Of a stretch of 58,512 bases of DNA, positions 30,241 to 40,113 are shown piece after piece. A model generated the notes under the pieces. It was not told the DNA's origin. It ran no database searches and was given only the letters and a program-made list of their open reading frames with translations. Source of the DNA: Barthelona sp. PAP020 (lineage: Eukaryota). Every line of letters begins with the position of its first letter. Positions within the stretch are counted from its first letter, which is position 1. A program made the position numbers and the translations under genes. The stretch lies in NCBI GenBank assembly GCA_040182905.1, contig JARQWU010000007.1:1-58512 (forward strand), written 5' to 3'.

Positions 30241-30449
30241 CACAATCATTTGAATAAAAGACAAAAACAAATTATTTCATTTACGATGACAAGAAGAAGG
30301 AGCAAAAAAAAAAAAAAAAGAAAACAATAATTCATTGTTTTGAATTTAACAAGCCAATTACAACTACTCCAATTCCTAGCTAAAAACAAAATACTTGCGG
30401 AAATCTATGTTTCAAATCGTTAAAGATTAATCATAATGTTTGTAAACAT

Positions 30450-33400
30450 CTAATTTTTTTCGTTAAACAACTTGGGTAAAGCAGGTCTATATACAGGTGC
30501 AAGAGTTTGCAAGGGAATTCTTTCATCAACATCATCATCCTCATTCCAATACCTTTCCTCCCGAGAAGTTTGAAGCTCCAAGGGTACTCTCATATGCATT
30601 GGTTCTACTTCCAACATTTTAGTCAATTCGGAAGACATTGAACGTTTAGTTTTTCCTTTGACCTTACGAATTGGTGAATTCTTCAATTCATCGATTAGGG
30701 AAATACTCATTCTGCGCACATTGCTCTTATAATAATCGGGTTCTTGCTCTGGTTCTTCTTTATTGGCTTTGTGAATTTGTACTCTTTCAGTGAATGCCCC
30801 TCTTATGTTCTGCAGAGATTTAGAATCAGCAAATGAAATTGAAGGTGTATTGTTTTTGAGTTTGCTGAGATCAATATTTAAATTAAAGTCGTCAATCACA
30901 CTGGTAAACTTTTTTGATCGATTAGATACAACATAGTCTGTATTCAATTCAGGTAATTGCATATTCAACGTGTCACTGTCAATTTTTGGGAAACTTTTCA
31001 CAAAATGGTCAAAATTTTCAATGTTATAAGGAATTTGTCCCAATTTTGCTAATAAATCTCCGGTTCCAGTTACAACCAACAAATTATTTTCCAAGGTAAT
31101 TAAAAAAGATGGCTTTTCAAGAGGTAAAGAACAAATAGAAGCAATTGACCGCTTTGACACTCTAAAAGGCGACAGACGTTCAATTATTGGTTCCTTTTGA
31201 CTTAACCCTTCAATGTTAAAAGGCCTCAAAATACCATTTGTATCCGAAACTATCAAAGTTTTATTATCATGCGTTAATGTCCAATCACAAAAACCAACAT
31301 CTTCTTGTTTCCCAAAAACAACTATTTTATAAAATGGTAACTCATTCTTTGCAGGAGAATGCCCAATTAAATTGTTTCCAACAGGTTTTGGATCATAAAC
31401 GTATAATACACCATCTTGCGCTAAAGCCAAAACAAAATTTGTACTTTTCAAATACTTTATCGCTAAAAATCCTATGTTTTGAATTTCATTTTGAGTTTTA
31501 AGCTCAAATGTTGGATGAATAAACCTTAAACGAGTTCGCATTCCAGTTAAAATGTTCCAGCAGTAAATCATACCATCGGCAGCTGCAGTCAAATACATAC
31601 TTGAACTTGAATTGATAAATAATTCCGCTACATCTTCAATATCAGCATTATGTCCATCAAAAGCGTCTAAATCAGGTAATTCTTTGTATGAAACAAGATT
31701 TGTTGTTTTCGAATTGATCCAAACAGACACCTTTTTATCCCAACCAACCGCTATTACCAAACGACTGCCATCTTCAGTTATTTTTCCAATAACTTTTGTG
31801 ATTTCTTCTGTTTTATCGTGATAGTCATCAATAATGGCACCGTTATGATAATTTACGGTGAATACACGTCCATTTGACTCACTTAATATTAAATGTCTTC
31901 CATTATGTATCAGACCCATGTAGGTCACAATGCTTTCAATATTTAAAGAGAACATTAAACTTAAGTAACCAGTGAATAGATCCCAGATACAAATACGCCC
32001 ACTGGCATCCAAAGAAATTACACAGGAGAATTCTTCATGAAAACATACATGTGTGATAGGTCTAATATGTCCACCTGTATCTTTGATTTGTTTCTCAATA
32101 GAATATTTCAAAAGATATGATCCACCTAAAACACAAATAGATTCATTCATAAAACCACTGGTGATACGATCCGAAGGGATGAATTTTTGTCTGACTAAAA
32201 ATGATTGACATTGTTTGGTTGACATAGAGTCAAACAATCTGACAATTTTAGAAGAAGACACAGTGAGGAATATTGACCGATTAGAAGCAGTTAGAGCGAT
32301 GGGTACTGATCCTTCATGTCCACCTAAATGGCTAATGATTTCACCACGATGAAAATCTATCAATCTAACGCTTCGATCAACTCCAGCCACAACAAAATAT
32401 TTCTGAACACTTTCAACAGCAATATTAAGAATTCCTGCGGGGACAATATTCATAAATGAACTGCGAATAGTCATTGTGGAACAATTAACCAGATACATAT
32501 TCCCATCAGATCCTCCTGTTGCAACAACACCATTCATTCCCGGTGCTTTACACATGCATGTGATAGAACCTTCATGAACTTTTAAACTTCTTGAAGAGCG
32601 TACTTTTGAATTTTTCAAATGTTTGGAATCGTCTTGTTCCAAATTATCAATGATATGAACATATCCAGCATCATCACCCATCACCAAATGATGCTCATAG
32701 TCAATATCACCAGAAGCTAAAGTTGTTGGAATATTTTTAAAAGGACCAATCTTTGTTAAAGTATCGTTTGAAGTGTTAAAAACTGCTAAATATCTTCCTA
32801 ATAAACCAAAGACCAAATAAGAACCAATGACAGTGACACAATTGATATTATTTGCTAAATCATTTCGAGAAAATCTATTTTTTGAATGAACAATCAATTG
32901 TTCAGAACTCATGATTGAATTATAATTGTCGGAAGCCAAATGAATTCCCTTAATGCAAGTTTGACTCGATAAGCTCCACCAAACAATTAGTCCACTTGTA
33001 TCAGCAGTAATTATGCGATCTGCCAGATTTGGATCTTGTTCAATCGCAACTATCATATGATTGTGAATTTGTTGAAACTTAGATTCAAACTTCAACTGAT
33101 ATAATATATCATCTTGGGCAATAGATTGAGTTTTTTCAAGATTTAAAAAAAAATTAGCAAATTCTGTCTTGCTAATAGTATCATTACAATCAACATTGAT
33201 TTTATTAAATAAATATTCCATAACTACAGGTTCTAATTCTAAAATATTCTGAAATTCCTCAATAAACAAAGGTAAATTGACTTTTTCAACACTGAACGTG
33301 TTGAATTTTTTAAATGCTTCATTAAATTGTTTCATTGTAAACACGGTTGTTGAACTTAATATATTTTTAGGAGTGAACCTTAAGTTTTTAGTCTTTTGTG

Positions 33401-33869
33401 GATTGTTTTCAAAATATTCCAACAATGCTTCTTTGGTAAGTTTATTTGTTTTATTTCCTGATTTTCCTTTTGTAATCACTTGAAAGATCTCTCGCCAAAA
33501 ATTCTTAGAAGTACCTGTGAAAGTTTTATTTGTAGCGATAAATAAATCTTCAAATTTAACAAATTCATCATTTTCAAATTTCAACTGTTTCAATATTTCA
33601 AATATTCTTTCAAAATGCATCTTTTCATTTTCATTAGTTGAAAAATCATCTTTAACATTTCTTTTTTTGCTATTATTCATCAAAGTAGCATTTGACACAA
33701 TAGAATTTGATAAAGATGAGGCCTCTAAATTGGGTAAAAATTGTCCAGTTGTACTATTACTGTTGCTATTCGTTTTTTTAACATTTTCACTCATTTTTCT
33801 TGCATTAAAGAAACTTTCAAGTGTTCGATTTAAAAAATCCACTTCATTATACTGTACAGGTGTGGTCAT
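30450..33869 (-). CDS. EF-hand plus WD40-repeat protein (WDR49/EFCAB8/WDR64-like)
   Basis: N-terminal EF-hand-like loops (NVDCNDTISKTEF) and many WD repeats including GHIRPITHVCF...IWDLFTG and AVGWDKKV...GHNADI. ATG at 33869. Confidence 0.75.
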   Translation of the reverse strand: MTTPVQYNEVDFLNRTLESFFNARKMSENVKKTNSNSNSTTGQFLPNLEASSLSNSIVSNATLMNNSKKRNVKDDFSTNENEKMHFERIFEILKQLKFENDEFVKFEDLFIATNKTFTGTSKNFWREIFQVITKGKSGNKTNKLTKEALLEYFENNPQKTKNLRFTPKNILSSTTVFTMKQFNEAFKKFNTFSVEKVNLPLFIEEFQNILELEPVVMEYLFNKINVDCNDTISKTEFANFFLNLEKTQSIAQDDILYQLKFESKFQQIHNHMIVAIEQDPNLADRIITADTSGLIVWWSLSSQTCIKGIHLASDNYNSIMSSEQLIVHSKNRFSRNDLANNINCVTVIGSYLVFGLLGRYLAVFNTSNDTLTKIGPFKNIPTTLASGDIDYEHHLVMGDDAGYVHIIDNLEQDDSKHLKNSKVRSSRSLKVHEGSITCMCKAPGMNGVVATGGSDGNMYLVNCSTMTIRSSFMNIVPAGILNIAVESVQKYFVVAGVDRSVRLIDFHRGEIISHLGGHEGSVPIALTASNRSIFLTVSSSKIVRLFDSMSTKQCQSFLVRQKFIPSDRITSGFMNESICVLGGSYLLKYSIEKQIKDTGGHIRPITHVCFHEEFSCVISLDASGRICIWDLFTGYLSLMFSLNIESIVTYMGLIHNGRHLILSESNGRVFTVNYHNGAIIDDYHDKTEEITKVIGKITEDGSRLVIAVGWDKKVSVWINSKTTNLVSYKELPDLDAFDGHNADIEDVAELFINSSSSMYLTAAADGMIYCWNILTGMRTRLRFIHPTFELKTQNEIQNIGFLAIKYLKSTNFVLALAQDGVLYVYDPKPVGNNLIGHSPAKNELPFYKIVVFGKQEDVGFCDWTLTHDNKTLIVSDTNGILRPFNIEGLSQKEPIIERLSPFRVSKRSIASICSLPLEKPSFLITLENNLLVVTGTGDLLAKLGQIPYNIENFDHFVKSFPKIDSDTLNMQLPELNTDYVVSNRSKKFTSVIDDFNLNIDLSKLKNNTPSISFADSKSLQNIRGAFTERVQIHKANKEEPEQEPDYYKSNVRRMSISLIDELKNSPIRKVKGKTKRSMSSELTKMLEVEPMHMRVPLELQTSREERYWNEDDDVDERIPLQTLAPVYRPALPKLFNEKN

Positions 33870-34078
33870 AATGAATTCGAAAATGTAAAAAGAGAAAAAA
33901 TTTTTTTCAAACTGAAGGGATTTTTTTTTTTGTTCCATTCTTTCTATAAAAAATTCATTTATTTTTATTTTATGTATAATGAACATGAATGTTCACATTC
34001 TTTTTTGATTTATCAAAGAAAGAAGTTTTTTTAATCATTTTTTTTCTTTTCTTTTACTTTTTTCAAAGAACAATATTA

Positions 34079-35035
34079 ATGGCTGAGGAAAATATATTTG
34101 ATGCACCTCAAATGCAAATTCAACGAAAATTAGGAGAAAATCCATTCATAACTGACGAAGATAATAATTCTCACATATATTTTGAATATGTTCCGGGATT
34201 TAATTTAAAAGACTGTAATCCAAATATAAATGATTTAATTCAAGTATTTATACAAGCAAAATATATTAGTCAAGGAAATTACTCATGTTTACACAGATAT
34301 CTTTGGGGTTCACATCCATATTCATTGAAAACAGATATTGTTTGTACTCTATGGCATGATGGTATATTGAAACCCGATGTCAAACCACCAACAAATATTT
34401 TGGGACTCATAGTATTGTTGGAAATAGTTAAGCCCGATGAAGTTCAAAATGATGTAACTTTTTTTAGTACCGAATGTTGCGGAATTATTTCAAAAGATTG
34501 GATTGAAGATAAAGATAAAGGGTACGTAGTAAAAAAAACCTTTTTTTTGGAAAAGAATTTAAATATTCGACCACTGGATACTCATTCTAAAGGATTTATT
34601 CTTGAGAAGAATTTCCCTCAACTGTGTTGTTGCTACAATTTGTCTAATGAACCTTGTTTGGAATATAACACTCTTTTGTTTGGAGATTCAATATATACAC
34701 CCTTAACTGAATATTTTAAAAAGAACAAATATCATGAGAGTCAAGTGCTTTATCTTGAAACGTTTGCAAATCAAAGGTTAGAGATATTTTGTTTGGATAA
34801 CCATGATTTATACAGTGTTAGTGTAGTTTTAGAACCCAGAAGGCATTTTAAAACGGATCTTGTTCCTTTGCCTGAACATTTAGTTGAGTTAGTTGGTTTT
34901 TTCGAGTGGAAAGAGCTGAATTGGGGCGTTAAAGAGTTGCAAATAGGAAATTTAATGAAATATGAAATAAAAACGTTTTGGTGGATTGAATCACATGATA
35001 ATGCAATTCAAAAACGATGGGATTCATTAATGTAA
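34079..35035 (+). CDS. RXT3/HDC1-like histone-deacetylase complex subunit
   Basis: LWGSHPYS..TDIV..L.HDG, YNLSNEPCLEY, VLYLET, VPLP...EW..L.W as in the plant HDC1/fungal Rxt3 C-terminal domain. ATG at 34079. Confidence 0.7.
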   Translation: MAEENIFDAPQMQIQRKLGENPFITDEDNNSHIYFEYVPGFNLKDCNPNINDLIQVFIQAKYISQGNYSCLHRYLWGSHPYSLKTDIVCTLWHDGILKPDVKPPTNILGLIVLLEIVKPDEVQNDVTFFSTECCGIISKDWIEDKDKGYVVKKTFFLEKNLNIRPLDTHSKGFILEKNFPQLCCCYNLSNEPCLEYNTLLFGDSIYTPLTEYFKKNKYHESQVLYLETFANQRLEIFCLDNHDLYSVSVVLEPRRHFKTDLVPLPEHLVELVGFFEWKELNWGVKELQIGNLMKYEIKTFWWIESHDNAIQKRWDSLM

Positions 35036-35693
35036 GCTTTTTATATGGATTTCAATATATTTAGAGTGTTTTAACGTGATTTACCTGCAGAGTGCTTTAG
35101 GGTGCCATTTTTTTCGACAATTATTGAAGAAGCTTTGATGAGCCATAAATTTGTTTTACTTTTTTCTTTGCACAAAACATTTTTTTAACTTTGATTTATA
35201 GTTAGATCATCATGCCGTTGAATAAACAGTTCAAAAACCCTTATGCAAAGCGGGAGTGTAACTAATAGAAATTCTGTTAAAATATTCATCTTAAGGCTTT
35301 CAATTGGAAAGAACCAGATGGTTAGATCCTGTTATTTCATCAACATTTTATTAAATTTCTCAAAAACTCACATTTTGCTAAGTCTCAGAATTTACTTTTT
35401 TTACTTTGTTCAGTTAGATTTGATTTCCACTCAATGAACAGAGGATTTAAAGTTTGGATACTTTTCACACTCAAAACCAAAATTCTAAAAAGAATGGAAT
35501 TCTGAATTGTTTAATGTGGATAAAATTTTGGCACTTGTTTGAAAAGAAAAATTGAAGAGAAGGAGTAAGACAAAATGATTCTGAAGAAACAAAAAATTCT
35601 CTAGATCTTTTATATAATGAATATATTTTGTGCAAAATGCAAGCAAAACAAAACTGTTCCACATTTTTATACAAGACTAATTTTGTTGTTTTC

Positions 35694-36974
35694 TTACAAA
35701 GCACTTGAAACCATAAATAAAGGATTAGCTTCATTCAAAACCTCATCACTAACCGAAATACCGTTCAAATACTGTCTTAGTAACAATTTCAAATTCTCAT
35801 TTTCTCTGATCAATGTTTCATGCTCTTTTTCTAAAGCTAATTTATCCAACAACACTTTGTTAGTTTTTCGCTGGAAATTGCCCAAGGGTTGTAACAATAC
35901 AGGCCCATCAGTATCCACACCATATGTTTGATTCAAATATTGTGCGTTTAACTCATTATCTGTTTCAACCATGTCTTCAACAAAAGGATCAACTCTTTCT
36001 TGGACAGTTTCTTCTTTTCTACATAATTCTGCCAACCTTAATATGCGTTCACCAACTGCAATTCTCTCATCCAATACATTACAACAATTATGATATGAGT
36101 TAGCCAAAGTCAACAATCTTTCTTTCTGTGAATCACGGAAATTTAGCAATTTTCCTTTTAACATCTTATGATGATGAAGAACAGTTGTCTCTTCTTCCCT
36201 TAATGCTTCATTTTTCATCTCATAATCTTTTTGAGTGTCAGCTAACTTAATTTTCCATGATTGAATTTGTTGTTGTAAACGGTCATATTTCAGCTTTTGG
36301 GAATCAATGTCCTTTCGATGCTTATCATCCTTTTCACGTAACTTTTCAAAATCAACACGTTGTTCCTCACTATGTTGGATGTAATCTTGATGGTGTGTCT
36401 TTGCATTTTCATACAATTCCTTTAAAGCATTATCTAATGTGTACTTTAAAAGATTAAAATCTTCCAAATGCTTTTCTTTCAAAGTTTGAGTTCTGGACTG
36501 AAATACATCCCTAGAATGCTTCATTGTTTCATCGAAACGATCCTTCATTGAGATTCTCAATTCTTCAAAACGTTTTTTCGTTGAATCATAGACTTTAATC
36601 AATTCAGCTTCTTCCCTTTGAAATGTTTCTTCCAACTCTTTTGATTCAACTTCAAATTCTTCACGCAATTGATTTTGTGATCTTCTTTGCAAATCAACTA
36701 AAGAATCAATGTTTTGCAAATGACTTCTCTGTGCTATTAACATCATTTCTTCAGCTGCTTCTAATTCTTCATCCAACAATTGAATAATCGCATCTTTACG
36801 GTCAACTTGTCGCTCATGTGATGCTGCAAGAATCTTAATTTGTTCACGTAACTCAACAGTTTTTTGTTGATGCAATAAACGTTTCCATTCTTGTTCGATT
36901 TTAACAACATTTGTCGCACTTCGACGTTCCTCTGCTAATAATAATTCCTTGAAATGAGCTGCAGAACTTGCCAT
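35694..36974 (-). CDS. DRC2: Dynein regulatory complex subunit 2 (CCDC65)
   Basis: ELREQIKILAASHERQVDRKDAIIQLLD.ELE.AEE, ERILRLAELCRK.ET..E, L.NF.RK.NKVLLDKLA, LRQYLNGISVSDEVL...NPL. Confidence 0.92.
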   Translation of the reverse strand: MASSAAHFKELLLAEERRSATNVVKIEQEWKRLLHQQKTVELREQIKILAASHERQVDRKDAIIQLLDEELEAAEEMMLIAQRSHLQNIDSLVDLQRRSQNQLREEFEVESKELEETFQREEAELIKVYDSTKKRFEELRISMKDRFDETMKHSRDVFQSRTQTLKEKHLEDFNLLKYTLDNALKELYENAKTHHQDYIQHSEEQRVDFEKLREKDDKHRKDIDSQKLKYDRLQQQIQSWKIKLADTQKDYEMKNEALREEETTVLHHHKMLKGKLLNFRDSQKERLLTLANSYHNCCNVLDERIAVGERILRLAELCRKEETVQERVDPFVEDMVETDNELNAQYLNQTYGVDTDGPVLLQPLGNFQRKTNKVLLDKLALEKEHETLIRENENLKLLLRQYLNGISVSDEVLNEANPLFMVSSAL

Positions 36975-37146
36975 GAAATTAAAAGAAAGGTTATGATTTT
37001 AAAATTTGTTTTTATTTTAAATGTTAAATTGAATATTTTATCATAAATTTCTCTTGTAGTGATCATTATTACTGTTATAGGTCATTTGAAATACTGCAAA
37101 AGGAAAAGAGTTGTTCCCTTTTTTTTTTTTGAATTACAATATCGAC

Positions 37147-39609
37147 ATGAATGTATTCGAAGAAATAGAAGATCAACACCCTTTTACATTACTAGGAACC
37201 GTTGAGGAATTTCAGCGTCAGCATGCTTCAACATTAAAGCAACAAAAACTGGATAATTATGGTGAGTATGACCCTTCGAAATTGGGGATAGAAGAAAGAA
37301 AAGAACATGCGGATGAGCGTCGTCGTAGTGTTGTTCAAAGTCGAACATCAAGTACAAATGTTGCCAATATTGCCCCAATTTTAAACACTTTAAACAGAAA
37401 TCGTGAATTAGAAAAGAAGATGTATGAAGAAAAATTGTCCAAGATGACGTATGCTGAAAAAATACAAGAAGAATCACAGGGCAAAGTATTGAACAAACAT
37501 CAAGAAACTCTTAAAGCATGGGATACGTTGAAAAATAATTTATCGATGCGTGTTGGAAGAGACAAACATGATTCTGTGATAGAATCATCGGAAACCTTTA
37601 GAATGCAATCTGAATTCAAGAATGTTTTGGAAAATGTGAAACCAATTGAACATAGGGTTGGAGAGCATGCTTGGTTGCTATCTTTGAGAGATTGTCAAGA
37701 GATAGAAATGGATATGAATGGAATATCGTGTCCCATCAGTTACAAATTTAATCCTGGACCGGTTGCAATGGTTAGAAAACCAGGATATCATCCCAAAGTT
37801 CATCCAAAATCCATTATCAATTCAAAAATGGCGGCTGAAGCTTTGAAAAAAAGGAAAAGTGATTTTGATCAAGTGCAAGGATATGTGCCCACAGATGAAG
37901 ATTTTGACAAGTTGGTTGTTGAGGGAATACCATTGCTTACAACGGAAAAATTGGAAAAAACATTGTTAGAAACGTTACATGCTAATAAAGATAGTGAATT
38001 TGAAGACCATGAGTCAATGCAGTTCGAAGCCAATGAAACCATTCAAAAGAACATTAATAGAATAGTAAATCTTAAAAAATCTTTTGATGAAACTTTGAAG
38101 GAGAAGAATCCTGACGAAGGACCCATGTTTCTCATCAGTTCGACTAATATTTTTTTAAAAACTGGCATGAATGAAACAACTGACATAAAACAGGTGAGTG
38201 TTGAAAATAAAGGGACCACTGTTCTCTTTTTTACTTGGTCATTACCTAATGTTCCGTTTTATTTACAAAAAACTGAAGGCATGCTTTTACCGGGAGAAAC
38301 TAAGACATTTGACATTGTTTTCAGACCATCAAAGGAGGGTTCATTCCAAACAGAAATTCAATTTTTGACCAAACCAGTTGTGTACAAAATTGCAGAAGCA
38401 AAAGTTCCTTTTCAACCGATTGTACATATTTCTGGTGTTTGTAATAATTTTGGGACAGCAAAAACTGTTTCAAGTGAATTTGTTCATGACTTTGGGGAAC
38501 TTTTACGAAAAATACGTCTTAGAGCAGACATTTCAAAATTCTTCGATTCTCAAATTTTAGAAAGCGTATTCACTTATAAATTTGAATACGAACCTGTGGA
38601 TGAAGAACAGCTTTCATTTTCATTAGTCAACAGAAGGAATTTTCCCTTTATCAAATGCGATCAAAGATGTTTGAAGGTTTTTGGTGATATTTACAAAGCC
38701 CTCATTGAGCGATATCAACCACCATATTTTGACAAAAGTTTCAATAACGAAGAAAATGAAGCAGTTGTTGTTTCACATAAACCCATGGAATCAAATGAAC
38801 TGAGTATTTGGAACTATGATATTAGGCATCTTTATGGCTTGATTATTGATATTTGTAATCCCTGTGATGGTCAAGGTAATTTTAGCGCCATTTCTAGCAT
38901 AACGCCGAGTATCATTGATGGACACAGTGATCATAATGAAAACAATGACAGTTTAGATAACACTGAGGAGAAATTAAGGGATGTTCTTGATAAAATTGTT
39001 TTGTTAATGGCTGTAGATGCTGATTCGTTCGGTGATAATGAAGATTTGAATATTTGTGTGAAAGAATCTTCAATTTTAATAAAAGAAGAAATGAAACGTT
39101 TGTACATGATAAAAAGAAAACAGCAAAAGAAATGGGATGTTGAAGAAAAGTATGGAATTGGACATATTGATAGTGGATTCAACATGTCACAGGAAAACCT
39201 TGGCAGAGTAAAGCATCTAGAAGATCTATATCCTGCAACCATTGAGGATGAAACTGAAGGATTGCAAATATTTAAGGAGTTTACTGGTATTGATTTGATT
39301 GAAATGAATGTTGAAGAAAGTTCTTTGGCAAAAAAAAACACCAGTAAGAAAGATAAAAAGAAAAAAACGAAACGTTCTTCTTCCACCAATGAACAGATGC
39401 CTATTATTGAGTGCGAAACTGTTGACATCTCCATTGATGTTATAGAAAGCGAAAATATTGATAATAGCGTTTTAATCGACCAATTTTGGGATTTGCAATC
39501 TGACACAATTTGCGACAGTTTGATGGAGATAAAGAGTTTGTACAAAAATATACCAAGGGATATGCTCTTTGAAGAATTATTGAATGAGTTCAGCAATTTA
39601 CTGTTGTAG
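37147..39609 (+). CDS. MYCBPAP: MYCBP-associated axonemal protein (MYCBPAP-like)
   Basis: W.LSLR motif and an ASH/Ig-like domain (VENKGTTVLFFTW...GMLLPGETKTF..F.P...G.F...F.TKP). ATG at 37147. Confidence 0.65.
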   Translation: MNVFEEIEDQHPFTLLGTVEEFQRQHASTLKQQKLDNYGEYDPSKLGIEERKEHADERRRSVVQSRTSSTNVANIAPILNTLNRNRELEKKMYEEKLSKMTYAEKIQEESQGKVLNKHQETLKAWDTLKNNLSMRVGRDKHDSVIESSETFRMQSEFKNVLENVKPIEHRVGEHAWLLSLRDCQEIEMDMNGISCPISYKFNPGPVAMVRKPGYHPKVHPKSIINSKMAAEALKKRKSDFDQVQGYVPTDEDFDKLVVEGIPLLTTEKLEKTLLETLHANKDSEFEDHESMQFEANETIQKNINRIVNLKKSFDETLKEKNPDEGPMFLISSTNIFLKTGMNETTDIKQVSVENKGTTVLFFTWSLPNVPFYLQKTEGMLLPGETKTFDIVFRPSKEGSFQTEIQFLTKPVVYKIAEAKVPFQPIVHISGVCNNFGTAKTVSSEFVHDFGELLRKIRLRADISKFFDSQILESVFTYKFEYEPVDEEQLSFSLVNRRNFPFIKCDQRCLKVFGDIYKALIERYQPPYFDKSFNNEENEAVVVSHKPMESNELSIWNYDIRHLYGLIIDICNPCDGQGNFSAISSITPSIIDGHSDHNENNDSLDNTEEKLRDVLDKIVLLMAVDADSFGDNEDLNICVKESSILIKEEMKRLYMIKRKQQKKWDVEEKYGIGHIDSGFNMSQENLGRVKHLEDLYPATIEDETEGLQIFKEFTGIDLIEMNVEESSLAKKNTSKKDKKKKTKRSSSTNEQMPIIECETVDISIDVIESENIDNSVLIDQFWDLQSDTICDSLMEIKSLYKNIPRDMLFEELLNEFSNLLL

Positions 39610-39831
39610 AGCATTAACGAAGAATAACTTTTTTTTTATCGTGCACAGAAATGTAAAGTGATTTGGAAATTTTCTTGTTGTGTTTTGAAAATTGTTTCTT
39701 ATTTTCTCATACATTTGATAAAACTTAAATAAAAATATACAATCAATTTATGTTGAAAAACTATGAAAAAAAAAATTGAAAAGACAAAATGACAAACCAA
39801 ATATATCAGAATGAGAAAAACAAAATGAAAA

Positions 39832-40029
39832 TCAATCAACAGGAAAGTTAGAGAAATACTGTTGTGCAAATTCAATTACATCTTCAGGTTTATGAAGTAC
39901 AATTTCGGTCATAAAATCAGACAACATTTGTTCAATTTCTGGATGAGTTTCTAAATAACGATTATGACTTGTTTCAAATTCTTCACAACTTTTTGCAAAT
40001 TCTCTTTGAGTTGTAATATCACTGGACAT
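39832..40029 (-). CDS. RIIa/Dpy-30-like dimerisation-docking domain protein (RIIAD1-like)
   Basis: NRYLETHPEIEQMLSDFMTEIVLHKPEDVIEFAQQYFS. ATG at 40029. Confidence 0.8.
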   Translation of the reverse strand: MSSDITTQREFAKSCEEFETSHNRYLETHPEIEQMLSDFMTEIVLHKPEDVIEFAQQYFSNFPVD

Positions 40030-40113
40030 CAATTTTTGTCAAATAAAATGAAGAAGAAATTTGATTTTTTTTATTGATTGAAATAATGTGATAATGATTG
40101 TTTATTTGTGTAT

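Noticed and set aside
35079..35154. U1 snRNA-like words (ATTTACCTG ... AAATTTGT)
   Set aside because: No U1-70K loop (GATCACGAAG) or U1A loop (ATTGCAC), no clear stems, and the spacing is too short.
38931..39614. 227-aa antisense ORF and the many other shadow ORFs inside long genes
   Set aside because: They are S/F/I/L-rich mirror translations of E/K/D/N-rich sense genes, mostly with non-ATG starts and no motifs.
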